Shown here: positions 24,691 through 38,297 of the stretch, piece by piece
How the letters are laid out: the number at the start of each line of letters is the position of its first letter
Numbering within the stretch: the stretch's first letter is position 1
Assembly (NCBI RefSeq): GCF_018977255.1
Contig: NW_024704742.1
Span: forward strand, 116,004,001-116,068,000
Length of the DNA: 64,000 nucleotides
Reading direction: 5' to 3'
Origin: Callorhinchus milii
Taxonomy: Eukaryota
The notes under the pieces: generated by a model
What the model saw: the letters and a program-made list of their open reading frames with translations, nothing else
Databases searched by the model: none
Told to the model about the DNA's origin: nothing
Position numbers and translations under genes: made by a program

Positions 24691-25804
24691 TGCCCTCTTT
24701 CTTGCGTGCAGGTCTATCTTCCTCTTGAATTCATCTTTACTATTTGATTCAACCATTGCTTCAGTCAGTGAGCTCCATTATCTCACTATGTGAAGTAGTT
24801 AATCATAATATTTTGACCAAATAATAATTGGTTTGTTTGTGGAACACTGCTGTGAGCAATTGGTTGCTGCATTTCACCCACAATATATACAGTCAATTCA
24901 CTTTACAGCATATTCTGTGAAGAACTTTGAGACGTCTCAACAATGCTCCAGATTTTCCTTGCACACAATAGCTGCTGCGTTTCATTACAAAACAGTCACT
25001 ACAAATGACAATAATTACCATGAAATGTTTTGAAACGCTTCAAAGTCATTAAGTGCGATAAAATCCAAATTCTTTCTTTATTATTATTTAACTTGACATT
25101 TTTAGCTAATTTGATAATTCAGCCCACAAATATACAGTCAATTCACTTTACAGTATATTCCATGAAGTGCTTTGAGACGTCCAGAAGACTTGAAAAGCGC
25201 TATATCAAATGCAAGTATTATTATAATTTAGAATTCAGCCTTTGTGTATCCCTGAGAATGAAGGAATGAGATTGTAAATAAAGAAAACTAATATTCTTGG
25301 TATGTTGTCTTTAAGCGCTAGTCATTCTGTATTTGCAACATTGACTTATTGTTTGTGTAATTTCTTCATGCTCTTCATTGTCTTGGACTCTGTCCCATAC
25401 TATCTGAAGGGTATTTGCCAATTTCTCTACATGCTAATTAATCACTCCGACTGAGCTGCTGCTAGCCAATCTGAAGTGCTGCGAACTGTTCTTTAATGGT
25501 AGAGTAAGGGTGCAGTGTCAAATGGTTTATAATCTGTAATGTGCATAATAAATTGGAACTGCAGAGAGGTGTTCATTCCACATCTAATAATCCTCAAGTT
25601 GGGTCTGAGACCACATTGTATGAAGTTTATCAAAACAACAACAGCAACAACAGCATTACACTTGTATAGCGCCTTTCATGTTGGGATGTCCCAAAGCGCT
25701 GGACAATCAGTATTTCGGACCCAAGCTGGGGGAGGGTGGAGAGCAGAGGTGGAAGGAGGGTGACAAAAGGCATGATTGAAGAGGAGGGTCTTGAGACAGG
25801 TCTT

Positions 25805-26110
25805 AGTAATAATAATAATAATCCTTGAATTTGAATTAGCGTTTTTCACATCTCAAAGTGCTTCACAGAATATACTGTAAAGTGAATTGATTGCTTTTTT
25901 GTGGGTGAAATGCGGCAGCCAATGCGGACAGCAGTGTCCCACAAACAGTCATGGATTGAAGTGACTAAATTATTATTGTTTCTTTTCTTCAGGGATTATT
26001 ATCAGGCGTGTGGAGTAAAGAAACTTGCCCAAGGTTTCGCCCTGCCGGGAATCGAACCCAGGTCTCTCACTTGTGAGGCGAGTGCTCTAACCACTGAGCT
26101 ACAGGACTCC
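25805..26110 (-). mobile_element. tRNA-SINE inserted in L2
   Basis: L2 sequence ggtctt|...|ttgaagg resumes across the SINE. Confidence 0.92.
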
Positions 26111-26938
26111 TTGAAGGAAACAAGCGAGGGGCGAGGTGGAGGGACTGCGGGATGGCGTTCCAGAAGGTGGGGGCAGAGTGGCAGAAGGCACGCCCACCAT
26201 TGGTGGGGTGGGCGAGGCGGGGACATAAAGCAGGCTGGAGCCCGCTGAGTGGAGGGAGCGGGCAGGTTGGTAGGGGGTTAGATGGTCGCAGAGGAAAGGG
26301 TGGAGCAAGGCCATGGAGGGCTTTGAAGGTGAGGACCAGAATCTTGAACTGTGTCCTCTATGTGGTAGGAAGCCAGTGGAGTCGGGCGAGGATGGGGGTA
26401 ATGGGATTGCAGAGCTTGGTGCGGGAGAGGACACATGCTGCAGAGTTCTGGATGATCTGCAATCTATGGAGGGAGGAGTTGGGGAGACCGACAAGCAGGG
26501 AGTTTGCGGAATCAAGCCTGGATGTTATAAATGCATGTATGAGGATCTTGGCAGTCTGCGGTGTGAGACAATGGCAGAGCGGGCGATGTTGCGGAGGTGG
26601 GGAAAGACAGAGCGGGTCGTGGCACAGATGTGGAGTAGAAAGGATAGTTGAGGGTCAAACAAGATGCCAAGGTTCCGGACTGGCTTAGTAAGATGGAGTG
26701 TATATCCTTGAATGGTGATGCTGTCAATGCCTGAGGTGTGGAGGCGCTGACAGGAGCCAATCAGGAGAGCCTCTGTCTTGTTGATGTTCAACTGCAGAAA
26801 GTTAGCTCTGATCCAGGACTTAATGTCTGAAAGACATTCTGCCAGGACAGCAGTGGTCCTGGAGTTGAGGGTGGAGGCAGAAAAATAGAGTTGGGTGTCA
26901 TTCGCATACATGTGGAAGTTGAGCCCATGTCTGCGAAT

Positions 26939-27298
26939 TGACCTGCTGACTCCCTACCAACCTGTTCGCTCTCTCCGTTCAGCGGGCTCCGGCCTGCTTT
27001 ATGTCTCCTGCCCAACCTGCCCTACCATCGGTGGATGGGCTTTCAGCCTCTCTGCCCCCACACTCTGGAACTCCATCCTGTGGTCCCTTTGCCTTGTTTC
27101 CTCCATTGCCTTCTTCAAAGCCGGTCTCAAGACCCTCCTCTTCAATCGTTCCTTTGGTCACCCTCCCACTTCTCTGTCTTCCCTCACCCATACCCCACCC
27201 ATGTTTGGGTCCTGACCCCTGACTGTGCAGCGCATTGGAATGTCCTCCCGACATGAAAAGCACTCTATAAATGTAATTTTGTTGTCGTTGTTGTTGTT
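26939..27298 (+). mobile_element. L2 3' fragment inserted antisense in another L2
   Basis: Splits the host codons LGDI|IRRHG; ends in (GTT)n. Confidence 0.88.
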
Positions 27299-27553
27299 GA
27301 TGTCACCAAGGGGGAGCATATAGATATTGAAAAGGAGGGGCCCAAGGACAGAACCCTGAGGAACTCCACACGAGATAGTGCGGGGACTAGAAGAGAAGCA
27401 GTGACTGTACAGTTGTCAAAAAAATCAATGAATGGTTCAACTTTAGATATTTCACGTTTTCAGAAAGTGAGAAGATAGGCAGATATTGTAAAAAAAAGTG
27501 AAATAAAGTACAAGAATACTTTATTGTACTTTTTTATTTTGTGTTTTTTTTTG

Positions 27554-28182
27554 CCACTGCCTCAACCCTCAGACCACCGAAACCCTCATCCACGAATTCA
27601 TGACAGCTAGGCTTGACTATGCAAACTCCCTGCTTATTGGAATTCCCAACTCTTCCCTCCACAAGCTGCAGATCATCCAGAACAATGCAGCTCATGTCCT
27701 CTCCCATAGCAGGCTCCGTGACCCCATCACCCGCACCCACGCCTAGCTCCACTGGCTCCTCATCCCTCAGGGAATAGAGTTCAAAATCCTCATCCTCGTT
27801 GTCAAGGCTCTTCATGACCCTACCTCTCCGACCTTATGACCCTATATCAATCTATCCGCTCCCTCCACTCAGCAGGCTGTGGCCTGCTCCACGTTCTCCC
27901 GCCCGGCCTGCCCCACCAACAGCGGTTGAGCCTTCAGTCTTTCTGCCCCCACCCTATGGAACTCCATCCCACATTCCCTTCGCCTTGTTCCCTCCCTTGC
28001 TTCCTTCAAGGTGCATCTCAAAACCCTCCTCTTTGACCGAGCCTTCGGCTACCTTCCTACCATTCCTGCCCTCCACCTTCCGTAATCCCGACACAAAGCT
28101 CGGTCCAAATCCCTGTCCGTCCAGCATGTTGGGACATCCTCCCAATGTGAAAGCTCTATACAAATGTCATTTTGTATTGTAT
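27554..28182 (+). mobile_element. L2 LINE 3' fragment
   Basis: RLDYANSLL..., LHWL., LWNSIP and the L2 tail. Confidence 0.88.
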
Positions 28183-28619
28183 TTGAGTGAAATATTACAT
28201 TTATTTGGATTGGCAGAGGAATCTGTACTCTAACATCAGAATCATTATGTTCTTTTATCTGAAATCCTGAATCTTATTTGTTAATTGGTTCAAAGCTGCT
28301 CATTTGGTGAAACGTTGTGCATACAATCTTACACTAAGAATATCACATTTACCACAAAAAGATATTTTCCCCATTTTTGTAGTCTAGATAAGGTTCTCCA
28401 CTGATTTTCTCCTCTGGATTTTTTAAAGGGGCTGGTCTGGAGCATTGATTTAAAAAGACTTCACTTCAGTGTACAAAACAAAAGCAATTGGTAGTTCATT
28501 CAAAGATTGGAAATATGTTAAATGTTTCATCGTACGTTCAGAACAGAGTTCAGTGGAGTAACATTTTTGATCAATATCACAATGGGATAGTAGTGTAATT
28601 TCCTTTTTTTGTTCTTTAA

Positions 28620-28838
28620 GGCATCCAAGAGTTGTTAAGGTCTGGAATGCACTGCCTAAAAGGGCGGTGGAAGCAGATTCAATAACAACTTTCAAAAGGG
28701 AATTGGATAGGTACTTGAAGAGAAACCAGTTGCAAGGATATAAAGAAAGAGGACTGATTGGCTAGCTCTTCCAAAGAGCCAGCACAGGCACGGTGGACCG
28801 AATGTCCTCCTGTGCTGTAATATTTCATGATTTGATGA
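28620..28838 (+). mobile_element. CR1 LINE 3' end
   Basis: RVVKVWNALPKRAVEADSITTFKRELDRYL, then ggaccgaatg-cctcctgtgctgta and a (catga/tga) tail. Confidence 0.85.
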
Positions 28839-29324
28839 ATATATTTGATGAGATAATCTTCTTCCATGTCTCCAAGGTGTTTTTACTTTGCCCTATCTCC
28901 CTCTCTTGGGGTAAAATTCTAGCTGGGTTTAAAATCCATGCAGCATTTCAGAGGATCCAGAATTTGGTAAATTTAAATACAGTGTTAATTCTGAATCCGG
29001 TTTTTTATAAATTCGTTTAAGAACTACAGAAATTCCGGAGGGTCTGAAATGCTAAGAAAATAAATTGAAACCTGGAGAGAATTTCACCTCCTCGCTTTAC
29101 CCCATGAAGGCAACTGAACTGATTAGAGCTTCCCTACAGCAGCACAAGTGAGTCTGACAACTAAAACATGCAAACCCTCAAGATCACATTATCCCTGATC
29201 ACAAGAGAGGTACAGATGAATGGTTCGGACACAACTACATGAATGATATTACTCCACAGTGAGGTGGACAGCTTGGAAGTGACTGTAATGTGGTTAAGAA
29301 TTTCACCAATTCCTTACTCTAGGC

Positions 29325-29564
29325 CAGGCTGGTCCAACTGGTGGCCCCCGGGCCACATCCGGCCTGCAAAACATTGCCCAACTTCATTGTCTGATGAGCA
29401 AGTACAGATGACATACAGACCCTGAGCCAATCAGGAGATGGTTACCAGGATCTCAGGCTCCTCAATGGGATTGACTAATCAGGATAAAATATTGCTTATG
29501 TAGGCTGCAGACATTTCTCAAACATGGCATCTGTCCCTCAGAGCCAAAAGGTTGGACCACCTTG
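29325..29564. mobile_element. hAT (Charlie-like) non-autonomous DNA transposon / MITE
   Basis: TIRs CAGGCTGGTCCAAC ... GTTGGACCACCTTG; 8-bp TSD ctctaggc (29317-29324) / ctctgggc (29565-29572). Confidence 0.85.
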
Positions 29565-32425
29565 CTCTGGGCCATTGAAGACACAATATTCAAAATGCGT
29601 ATAAACATTGTTTTGTGCTAAGTATTGGCTAGTTGGGGAAGCTGGTTTTGATAGACTGAATATAAAATTAACATAAGCCGTGCATTCCGTCAGTCAAAAT
29701 CAACATCTTCTTTGAGAGTTTGCAGCTGCTCGCTGGGTTTAATGAAGCACAGCTTTTTCGACTTATGATAGGTCACTATGTTTTCTTATGGCTTTCTTTT
29801 TTGCTTTGTTTATTTGAGGACAGGAGCACAAGGATTTTTAAAAATAATTTCCCCCCTTTTTTAATCCAACTAATATTCCACTCCACATTTCTGTGTTCCA
29901 TTCCTAAATGCATTTGGCTTCTTATTTCTTCCATTGGATACAGTTCTAAGCACCGTATGCCAGTGTCCATTATCATGCGTGAGTTTTGAGAGTGAGCTAA
30001 ACTCAAACTTGTGCCTATCAAAACCAGCTCCCCCAACATCTATATGTGTGTTCATCATAAATGTCTGTGGATAGGGATCAATAGTGAGAATTGCTGATTT
30101 TCTTCCCTTACCCGGGGCACTGAGCTCAATGTTAGCATCTCTAGTGGTTTCCGAGCTGAGATCAGCAAATTCAGCACAAATGCAATTGAATCTGGGACTT
30201 TTGATCTCTGTATGACTCATCTAAACAGTGAAAAAACTCTCTGAGCTATCAGAAGAATTCCCTATCTTTTTTCTCAGGTGTCTCTACATCTTCCATGACC
30301 TCCTTCAGTGCTGCTATAATATTGGCTGCTGAGAAGTACTGAATTGTAGTCTGACCAAGTAGTGACTATTCTCCTTGGGGAGAAGGTAAGCGGGTCCTCT
30401 ATGAGCTGAACTGGCTCAGAGGTGATGTGCTTGGCAAAAGAATGTTGGAAACAAGTCAATCCTCTGTGTGGGTTTTGGTGGTTCAGTTCCTGTCCTGGCA
30501 GGTCCACAGTCCTCCAAGGCACTGCTGATGACATACCAACCAGCCTGATTCATCGGCAGAACCCATGTGAACATAACTTGATGCTGCCCTCACCAAACAT
30601 TTACACATTCATTTTTCAGCAAGGTTCCTTGATAGTAAGTACTCTCAAGCATGAATGCTCACTGATATTTCCCTCTTGAACCAGGATGCTAAGGTCAATT
30701 GTAGCATCACTACCAGAATCTCAGTAAACTCATCATAGCTCGGGGCTCAAACCAGTGATTTTCCTCATGTGTAAGCCTCAAACCCACAATAGGCAATAGG
30801 CAATACATTTCTCAAAAGAGCCTTGTAACTGGGAATGTGAACAAGTTCCACTCTTTGCAGTGGTTTGACATCACACCGAGGGAGCCATGAGTATCCTCTA
30901 TTTCTATCAGATTTAGTTCCAGATGAAAGAATTCCATTGATCTGAATTGCTAAAGGTGATCTGTGTAAAAGATCAATATGTGCAAAAATGCCAAATCTTT
31001 GCTTGAATCTGCAGGATGCAGACAAAGAATGGTTCTGACTGAATAATTCAGGGTGCTCAGTGAGGGACAGCAGGATGAAGCTTCAACCTAGCACACACTG
31101 CTCTGGGTTCTTGATCTTATTCACATTACCATGGAGGGAGAATTATCCCTGGGGTACTGGTGGGGCTTTGATGAAGCACTGGAAGCAGATGACTTGCCAG
31201 TTGGATATGAGATAATGTTTGAGGAAACAACTAACAGAGGGTGGGGGAGAGTGGGGAATGGGAGAAATGTAAATCTAAATACACTCCAGAGACAAAAAAT
31301 AATCTTCGGAAAAATTTCAGTAAAACTTTCACAACCTATGCCTTGAGCCATAGTTTAGGATATGCACAATATAGTAACAAATTTTATATGCTTTTCTTAA
31401 TCTTGCATTGACTTATATTTAACTATTACAGAATCAAGATTTAGCCTTCAGGCTACCTCCCAAGAAGATCTGTGTTTTGTGGTTCCTGGGAACAGTTGGC
31501 ATTTGTCAGTGAAATAATTGTGAACGTTTCTGAGATCCACAGATAAATGGAATTTGTGAGGTGACTATTATAATCACTGAACCGTTTGAATTACATCAAC
31601 TCTTGTTAATGCAATAGAACAGACACTTACCTGGTACAGTATTGAAACATTCTCTATGTCAAATCAACTTAACTTGATGCACTTTTTTTGCTCATTCTTT
31701 CATTATTTTCTAAACGTTATCTTCCAAATGCTACCATGCTCCTCCATCTGGTAATCATTTGACTTTTTGATGTTGTACAGAGCTGCACGTTTTGATAACA
31801 GAAATGTGGTCTTTCCTCAGAATTATTGTGGAAATAAATTATTGCGCACTTTTCTCAGGCATAGATGGAACGTTAGACTAGAAACTGAATCATGCATAAA
31901 GTACATTGCATGCACCGAATTACACCCCACATCTGTGACAGGTTAAGAATCAAACCCCTGGCCCTGTGCAGAACAATTACCTTCGGGCTAATGTTGGATC
32001 AGAGATCAGCATTTCTTCTTTGGATAGTCTAATTGCTCAGAAATAAACATAAGACTTCCTCTGTTTGGGTGGGCAGACAAAAATAATCTGCCTGACACCT
32101 GTTGGTAAATAAGATTAAAGCAAAATATCCTTGACAACCATATTATTGTTTTAATAAAGAATATTCTCAAATTACATCATTTGTGATATTATTTAGTGTT
32201 CTTCCCAAAAATACATTAAGAGCAAAATAAGAAGTGAACAGGAGAGGGGCAAAAGTGTAACAAATAATCTGTTCTATTGTATTTTCAAAGGATTTTTGAT
32301 TTAGACTGGAAATGGAAATTATTTGCAGACATGAAGCTGTAATGTGATACACAACCAATTGAACAAGTTGGGATTATGTCTACTGTTAAAATAGAGCAAT
32401 GAGAATTTTAATTTGTATCTTATAT

Positions 32426-32797
32426 GGAGTCCTGTAACTTAATGGTTGGAGCACTCGTCTTGCAAGCAGAGGACCTAGGTTTGATTCCAGGCAAGGCAAA
32501 ATGTTAGGCAAGTTTCCTTTCTCCACATGCCTCTGTTTACCTTGCAATAAGTAGGAACCCAGTTGTTAGTCAATTAGCAGATCGCTTTTCCGGGGGTAAT
32601 AATTCCTTCAAATTTTTTTTTAAAAAATGTGGTCTTTCAATCTACGACTGTTTGTGGAACACTGCTATGCGCAATTGGCTGCCCCGTTTTGCCCACAAAA
32701 TATAGTCAATTCACTTTACAGTATATTCTGTGAAGCTCTTTGAGATATCTCGAAGATGTGATAAGGTGCTAAATCAAATGCAAAGATTATTATTATA
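32426..32797 (+). mobile_element. tRNA-SINE, long subtype, full length
   Basis: Head, extra internal segment, Deu-like core, tail. Confidence 0.9.
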
Positions 32798-34699
32798 TAA
32801 GCTACACCAAAATTGGGAAAGAATAACTCTGATTCCAGGTGCAAAAATTAGCAAATCATTTGCCAGCACTCACTTGATTAGAACTCATCTTAATTAGCAG
32901 ACACATTTATTAAAATAATGTCAGGTTTAAAATGCAGTCATTTTAAAGTTTTAACGTTAAGGACAGTAACTTCTTTTCTAATTGGCTTTCTTTTGCATTT
33001 TCGTTATTCAATGAACTTTTTGTGTTTCCAAACGGAGAGATGTCAGTGCTGGAAGTTAGGGTCTAATATTCCAAGGCTCTCTGTCATTGTAGCTACTAAC
33101 TTGCTAGTGGTCACTTAGAAAGAGGAAATCGAACAGCCGAATTCTGCACCATATATTCCCTCGCTTGTTAAGCTTTTATAGAGGCATGTTGAGGTTGTTA
33201 GGTGTTTCCAGGAATGTCTGACATGTTTACCAATTCACAGATCTAAACTGAATTGGTATTTAGTGTGTTGCTGTTGTAGAATTGCATCCTTTTTAAACTA
33301 TTGGTAACTGATGTTTAAATGCACTGCTTTGTGCTGAAAGCAAACATGCATTGTGACAAAAGCAAATATGGGGATAATTCCTTTTTAGCATGTAGTTCAA
33401 TAATAATAAATCTTCAAAGAAATTTCACAAGTGTATATAAACATCACTAGTTAAACCCTCAAGGCCAAGTGATTTATTAAGGGCTCATTTCTTGAGCAAC
33501 CTCCTCTTAATTCAATTTTTACTTAAGAGGTATCATGTGTCTTCAGTTAAGAGTAAATTTATGGTATTTTCATTTCTAAGGAATGGTCACCAATTTCCCT
33601 TGTACTTTCTTTGGAAGATTAAAGTCCCAAGTAAATATCATACTGCAATGGAAATACAGTATTTAAGTTTGGTTTACAATTTATCTTACACAGGAGAGGA
33701 TTCAAAGTGTTTTTTATGCTATATTTGCCTTGATTGGACAAAACACTTTGTCTTCATCAGCTTTGAATAAAGTTTTTTTTATTTGAAATTATATTGATTA
33801 ATTACGAGTTCATTTAAAACAAACAAGGAAAATACCAGCTAAGCAAGGTTTGGAAATGTGATGGTGAAGTAGTCTGAAAACCAGATTTTCTGATGAGGCA
33901 ACTCAGAGCATGCATCTAAATGGAGTGATTTCAGCTTATACCTATTGCAAATCTGTTATGAAATGCCGCAAATTACACTCCAATAGCTTTCAAAATATAT
34001 CACCAAGAGTTTTATTCTATATGGCATGGCTGCTTTATACACAGATTATGTTACCCTCTATAAATTCGGGAGGTGATTTTTAGTCCAGCAATAAAATCAA
34101 GAGATAAAATTCAACTATATTCCTCCTGTAAATAAAAGCTGTTTATTGAATCACTTTAGTGTGGGCCATTTTTTAATTGTGCTATTTGTCAAACACTCTG
34201 GTAATCTTTTTTGCCAGAGAACTTTGCAAGAACCAATAAATCAACATATGATGAAGGTTTAATAATTTTACTGCATTTTGAACATCAATATAGATAGCGT
34301 GCAGCGATGCACTGGAACAGTAAGTGGGTCACTTGCTCCAGCAACTGCACAGTCAGATATTTTCATTGACTTCCACAGTGAAAAAGGTTCATGCATCATA
34401 AACACTGGAGTTAGTCACCCAAACTGGATCCAAAATGTTTGCGCTGAATAGCCAGTTGCTATTGATTTAAAGTAGGGTATTGTTAATAAATGCAATACTA
34501 TATGATAATTGCATCCATTATTGACATTAGGGAATCTGTGCCAAAGAATAAAAGCCACTTAAAAATAATACTATAAGAGTGGAACGAGCAAAGGCCATTC
34601 AGCTCATCAATTGTGTTCCTTCCACAGCCCAGAAGAAACCACACTCTCCTGAGGGAAAATTCCACATAGGCACTCCTGAATACCAAAGGTATTCAGGAA

Positions 34700-34960
34700 A
34701 ACAGGAACGGCCTGTTTAGATATATGTTAAAGATCCCATAGCACAATTTGAAAAGAGGATGGAATTTCTCCCAGTGTCCTGGCCAACAAATCCCCAGATA
34801 AAATTGTTCATTTAGTTTATGGTTGTTTGAGTTTGTTTGTGCATAAATTGACTGCTGCGTTCACGTACAAAATACATAGTTACTACACTTTACAGTAAAT
34901 TCTGCAAATGTTTTGAGATATCTCTATGATGTGATTAGCGCTATATCAAATACAAGGAGG
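34700..34960 (+). mobile_element. Older DeuSINE (SacSINE1-like) fragment
   Basis: gttaaagatcccatagcacaatttgaaaagag...ttctcccagtgtcctggccaac. Confidence 0.7.
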
Positions 34961-35741
34961 TCTATAGTAAACAAGTTAACCAAAAACATAAGTGCACAGA
35001 CATAATTGATTATTATATTATAAAGTTTGTGACTGGAGGCTTTAATTTTATTTCTATTTGAGTCTTTCAATAGATTTAAAAAGTCTCCATTTTTTCAGTA
35101 AGTATTCATAAAATCAACTAACTCTTCAAGAATTTTTTAAACCAATATTTTTTCTAATTCTCTCATCAGTGATATGTACCTCTCTGCTCCTGATCTGGCC
35201 TCCTCTTGCTGAGGTGCAGGACCACAGAAATTGGTTGTCCAAGAGGCCACTGCTCATGTGTGAGCCATGGAATTGAGTGTCGGAAGGCCACTCAACTGAA
35301 GAGGGCATCACAGCCAAGCCTAATCTCTCCTGCTCATCTGCCAGAGAGGAGTGCCTCCCAGTGTCCTGGGCAATGATCCCCCAAATAAAATTGATGATTC
35401 ATTTCATAGGTGTTTGTGGGACATTGCTGTGTGCAAATTGGCTGCTGCTTTTACTACAAATATAGTTATTACATTTCACAGTAAAGTCATGTGAAGCGAT
35501 TTGAGACATTGTATTAGGCACCGTATCAAATGCAAGGATTATTTTTATTATAAATTGGGAGATTTGCAAAAGCATTTCTAAATAGCGAATCTTGGTGATG
35601 TTGCAGCTGACTCTTTGGAACTACAGTTGAACATCATTTTCATGGAAGTTAGAACTGAAATTGATATCTGAGCAAAGTTACAGAGAGTCAGACTCCAACA
35701 CATTTGGGATTCGCTATTTATTAATCATTTAATAATGACGT

Positions 35742-36066
35742 GGAGTCCTGTAGCTCAGTGGTTAGAGCACTCGCTTTGCAAGCGAGAGACCTGAGTTCAA
35801 TTCCAGGCAGGGCGAAACCTTGGGCAAGTTTCCTTACTCCACATGCCTTATAATAATCCCTCCAAAACCAAAAACAATAATAAATTGGTCATTTTTAATC
35901 TACGACTGTTTGTGGGATATTGCTGTGCGCAATTGGCTGCCGCGTTTGCCCACAAATATACAGTCTATTCACTTTACAGTGTGTTTTGTGAAGCTCTTTG
36001 GGACGTCCTCCCGACGTGAAAAGCGCTATATCAAATGCAAGGATTATTATTATTATTATTATTATT
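35742..36066 (+). mobile_element. Full-length tRNA-SINE, short subtype
   Basis: Near-identical to 8767-9088. Confidence 0.93.
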
Positions 36067-36732
36067 TGTTTGCCAATCTTAGAATTTAGACACTACTCTT
36101 AGCTATATTATACATAATACAGGAAGATGGAAAAGTTCTGTTCATCAGCTATGATACTTCTCAGTCCTTTGGGGAGCTAATGTTAGAGTATACATGACCC
36201 AGTAAATAGAAGTTGTTCAGTTGTAACAAAGCAGCAAATGCACATAAGCAATTTCCCTGCAAAATGTAATTGCAAAGTGTTGTCCTTTTTTGAACTAACG
36301 CTTTGCCTGATATTGAGCAATTTACTATGAGTATTTAATATGCAATTCCCCAGCCAGACACAGATGCTCTTTACACAACATTTTTCATGGATCAGAATTA
36401 TGAAAATAAATAAAGTGTATTTTGTAGCACTAGCCCTCAGTGTAAGGTATCTTAAATGGAATTTCAGCACTGTTCTAACTGTATAGATATTTTAGGTACT
36501 TAAGCGTGGGCAATATATTTTGTAACACTATCTTCACTCCTATCGTGGACATTACTGACAATATAATAAGCCAACTTTGATGAAAAACGTAGGAAAACAG
36601 CAACAGGAGGAGGTCATTCCACCCATCAACCCTGTTTCTCTGATTTAGTAGATTTTAGCAGATCTTTTAATCCTTCCCCTGACTTTTCACCATACCCCAT
36701 AATACTGGAAATGTACAGTCAAGGCATTAGAG

Positions 36733-36970
36733 GGGGAGAAATTCCACTTGGCTATAGATTTACCCTGTTTATGTTGCATTTCAGAGCAATCAGGATTTGG
36801 CAAATTCTTAAATTCAGTCTTAATTTCAAACTGATTTCCTGTATGTTTGTTTAAGAACCATAGGAAACCAACACTCCAAGTTAAGACTCAATTCAGCAAT
36901 TTTCAAATTCTGGACGCTCTCAAATGTTATGTAAATAGAGTAAATCTAGACTCAGGTGGAATTTCTCCCC
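36733..36970. mobile_element. MITE-like element with long imperfect terminal inverted repeats
   Basis: GGGGAGAAATTCCAC(T/C)TG at both ends, imperfect complementarity extending ~55 bp. Confidence 0.75.
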
Positions 36971-38297
36971 ATAATTTTCTTTTAAACAATACAAATTTAT
37001 ATTTGTATAGGTCCTTTCGCGTCAGCCACTATATAAATGTAAACTGTTGATTTTATTGGAACATCATTCCAATAATTAAGAACTCTGGAGGGGTTAGTTC
37101 CTTTTTTTATGTAAATCACTTCATGCTACATAGTGTGAACTTTGTTCTTCAAACAGGGCTATTAAAAATGTACTATCCAAAATATTTTACAATTTCAGTA
37201 AATTTGATGCAAATACATTTTAATCTGACTGTCCTTCTGCCTTGGATTGTTCCATTTAAGACACAATTACAAAGAAAGGACTCTGTTGAAAAAAAGCTCC
37301 ATGTTGCTAAGTGGAAGGGACAATTTGAAGTGATTCAATGTAAGATAAGTGAAAGCTTTTAAAAGTAGAAACTTGGAAAGAAAAGAAGGAAAGACCAAAA
37401 AATTGGAAACTTGCGACTGATAGACTGAGTACTGCTAATTACTTAAATGTTTATTTCCAATTATTGTTTTATTATTTAAGTGGATTATTGTTAGTATTAA
37501 AGTAATAATTAAACCTGATCAGCAGCTTTATTACTATAATATTAATTTAGCAATGGTTCAACATCACAATGTGTGAGATGAAAATCTGCAGGACCAATTA
37601 AGATGGAAAACAGCAGACCTACCATAGGTTTAAGGGTTAAATCCCACAGCTTCTTAATCAAATGTCCTTAACTATAAATTACTCCTGATCTTCATTTAAA
37701 CTCAAGCCACAGGTTTAACATTAGTGAACACAGGAGCAGCTTATTACTTTAAACTCATGAAAAATGGTACATTATTTAAATAATGTTCTGATGGATCAAA
37801 TTAAAGTTGGCTAAAGGAGATTACAAGTAAACTGTATGATCTGAAATTGTGGTTTAATCCTCCTCCCTTCACCACACACACACAGCCTTCCCACTAATTA
37901 TTTGGAATTGTATGAAATGAAATCAACATGTGTAGTAGAGTTCCTCTATGCACACTGGTATCCTGTTTTAATTCATGAATGAGGAAGTTTATACAGTAAA
38001 ACACATCAACCCCAATTGATTGTGGGTGGTGTGATACAATTTTTGTTCTTATAACTGAGATACCACGTAACTCATGAGCCAGATATCCGGAGCTTGAAAC
38101 AATACCACATTATGTGAGCACTGAGAAAGGATCTGACATGGTCCATCGTACACAGCAGAACAACGTACACTGATTTTTTTCAGTCATGTCATTTTCTCCC
38201 TCTGAACTTCTCGGCTTATCCCTAATCATAGAATCATATAAATTACTGCACAGAGGAGGCCATTTAGCCTGTTGGAATAAAAGGAATGGCCATAATT

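Larger units (their letters stand above)
25635..27410 (-). mobile_element. L2 LINE fragment (RT C-terminal half to tail), interrupted by two insertions
   Basis: Translates [21 protein letters not shown] / IRRHGLNFHMYANDTQLYFS...LQLNINKTEALLIG; (CAA)n tail at ~25635. Confidence 0.9.

Noticed and set aside
26152..27263. Cluster of 70-180 aa ORFs on both strands
   Set aside because: All are frames of decayed L2 elements with stops and frameshifts
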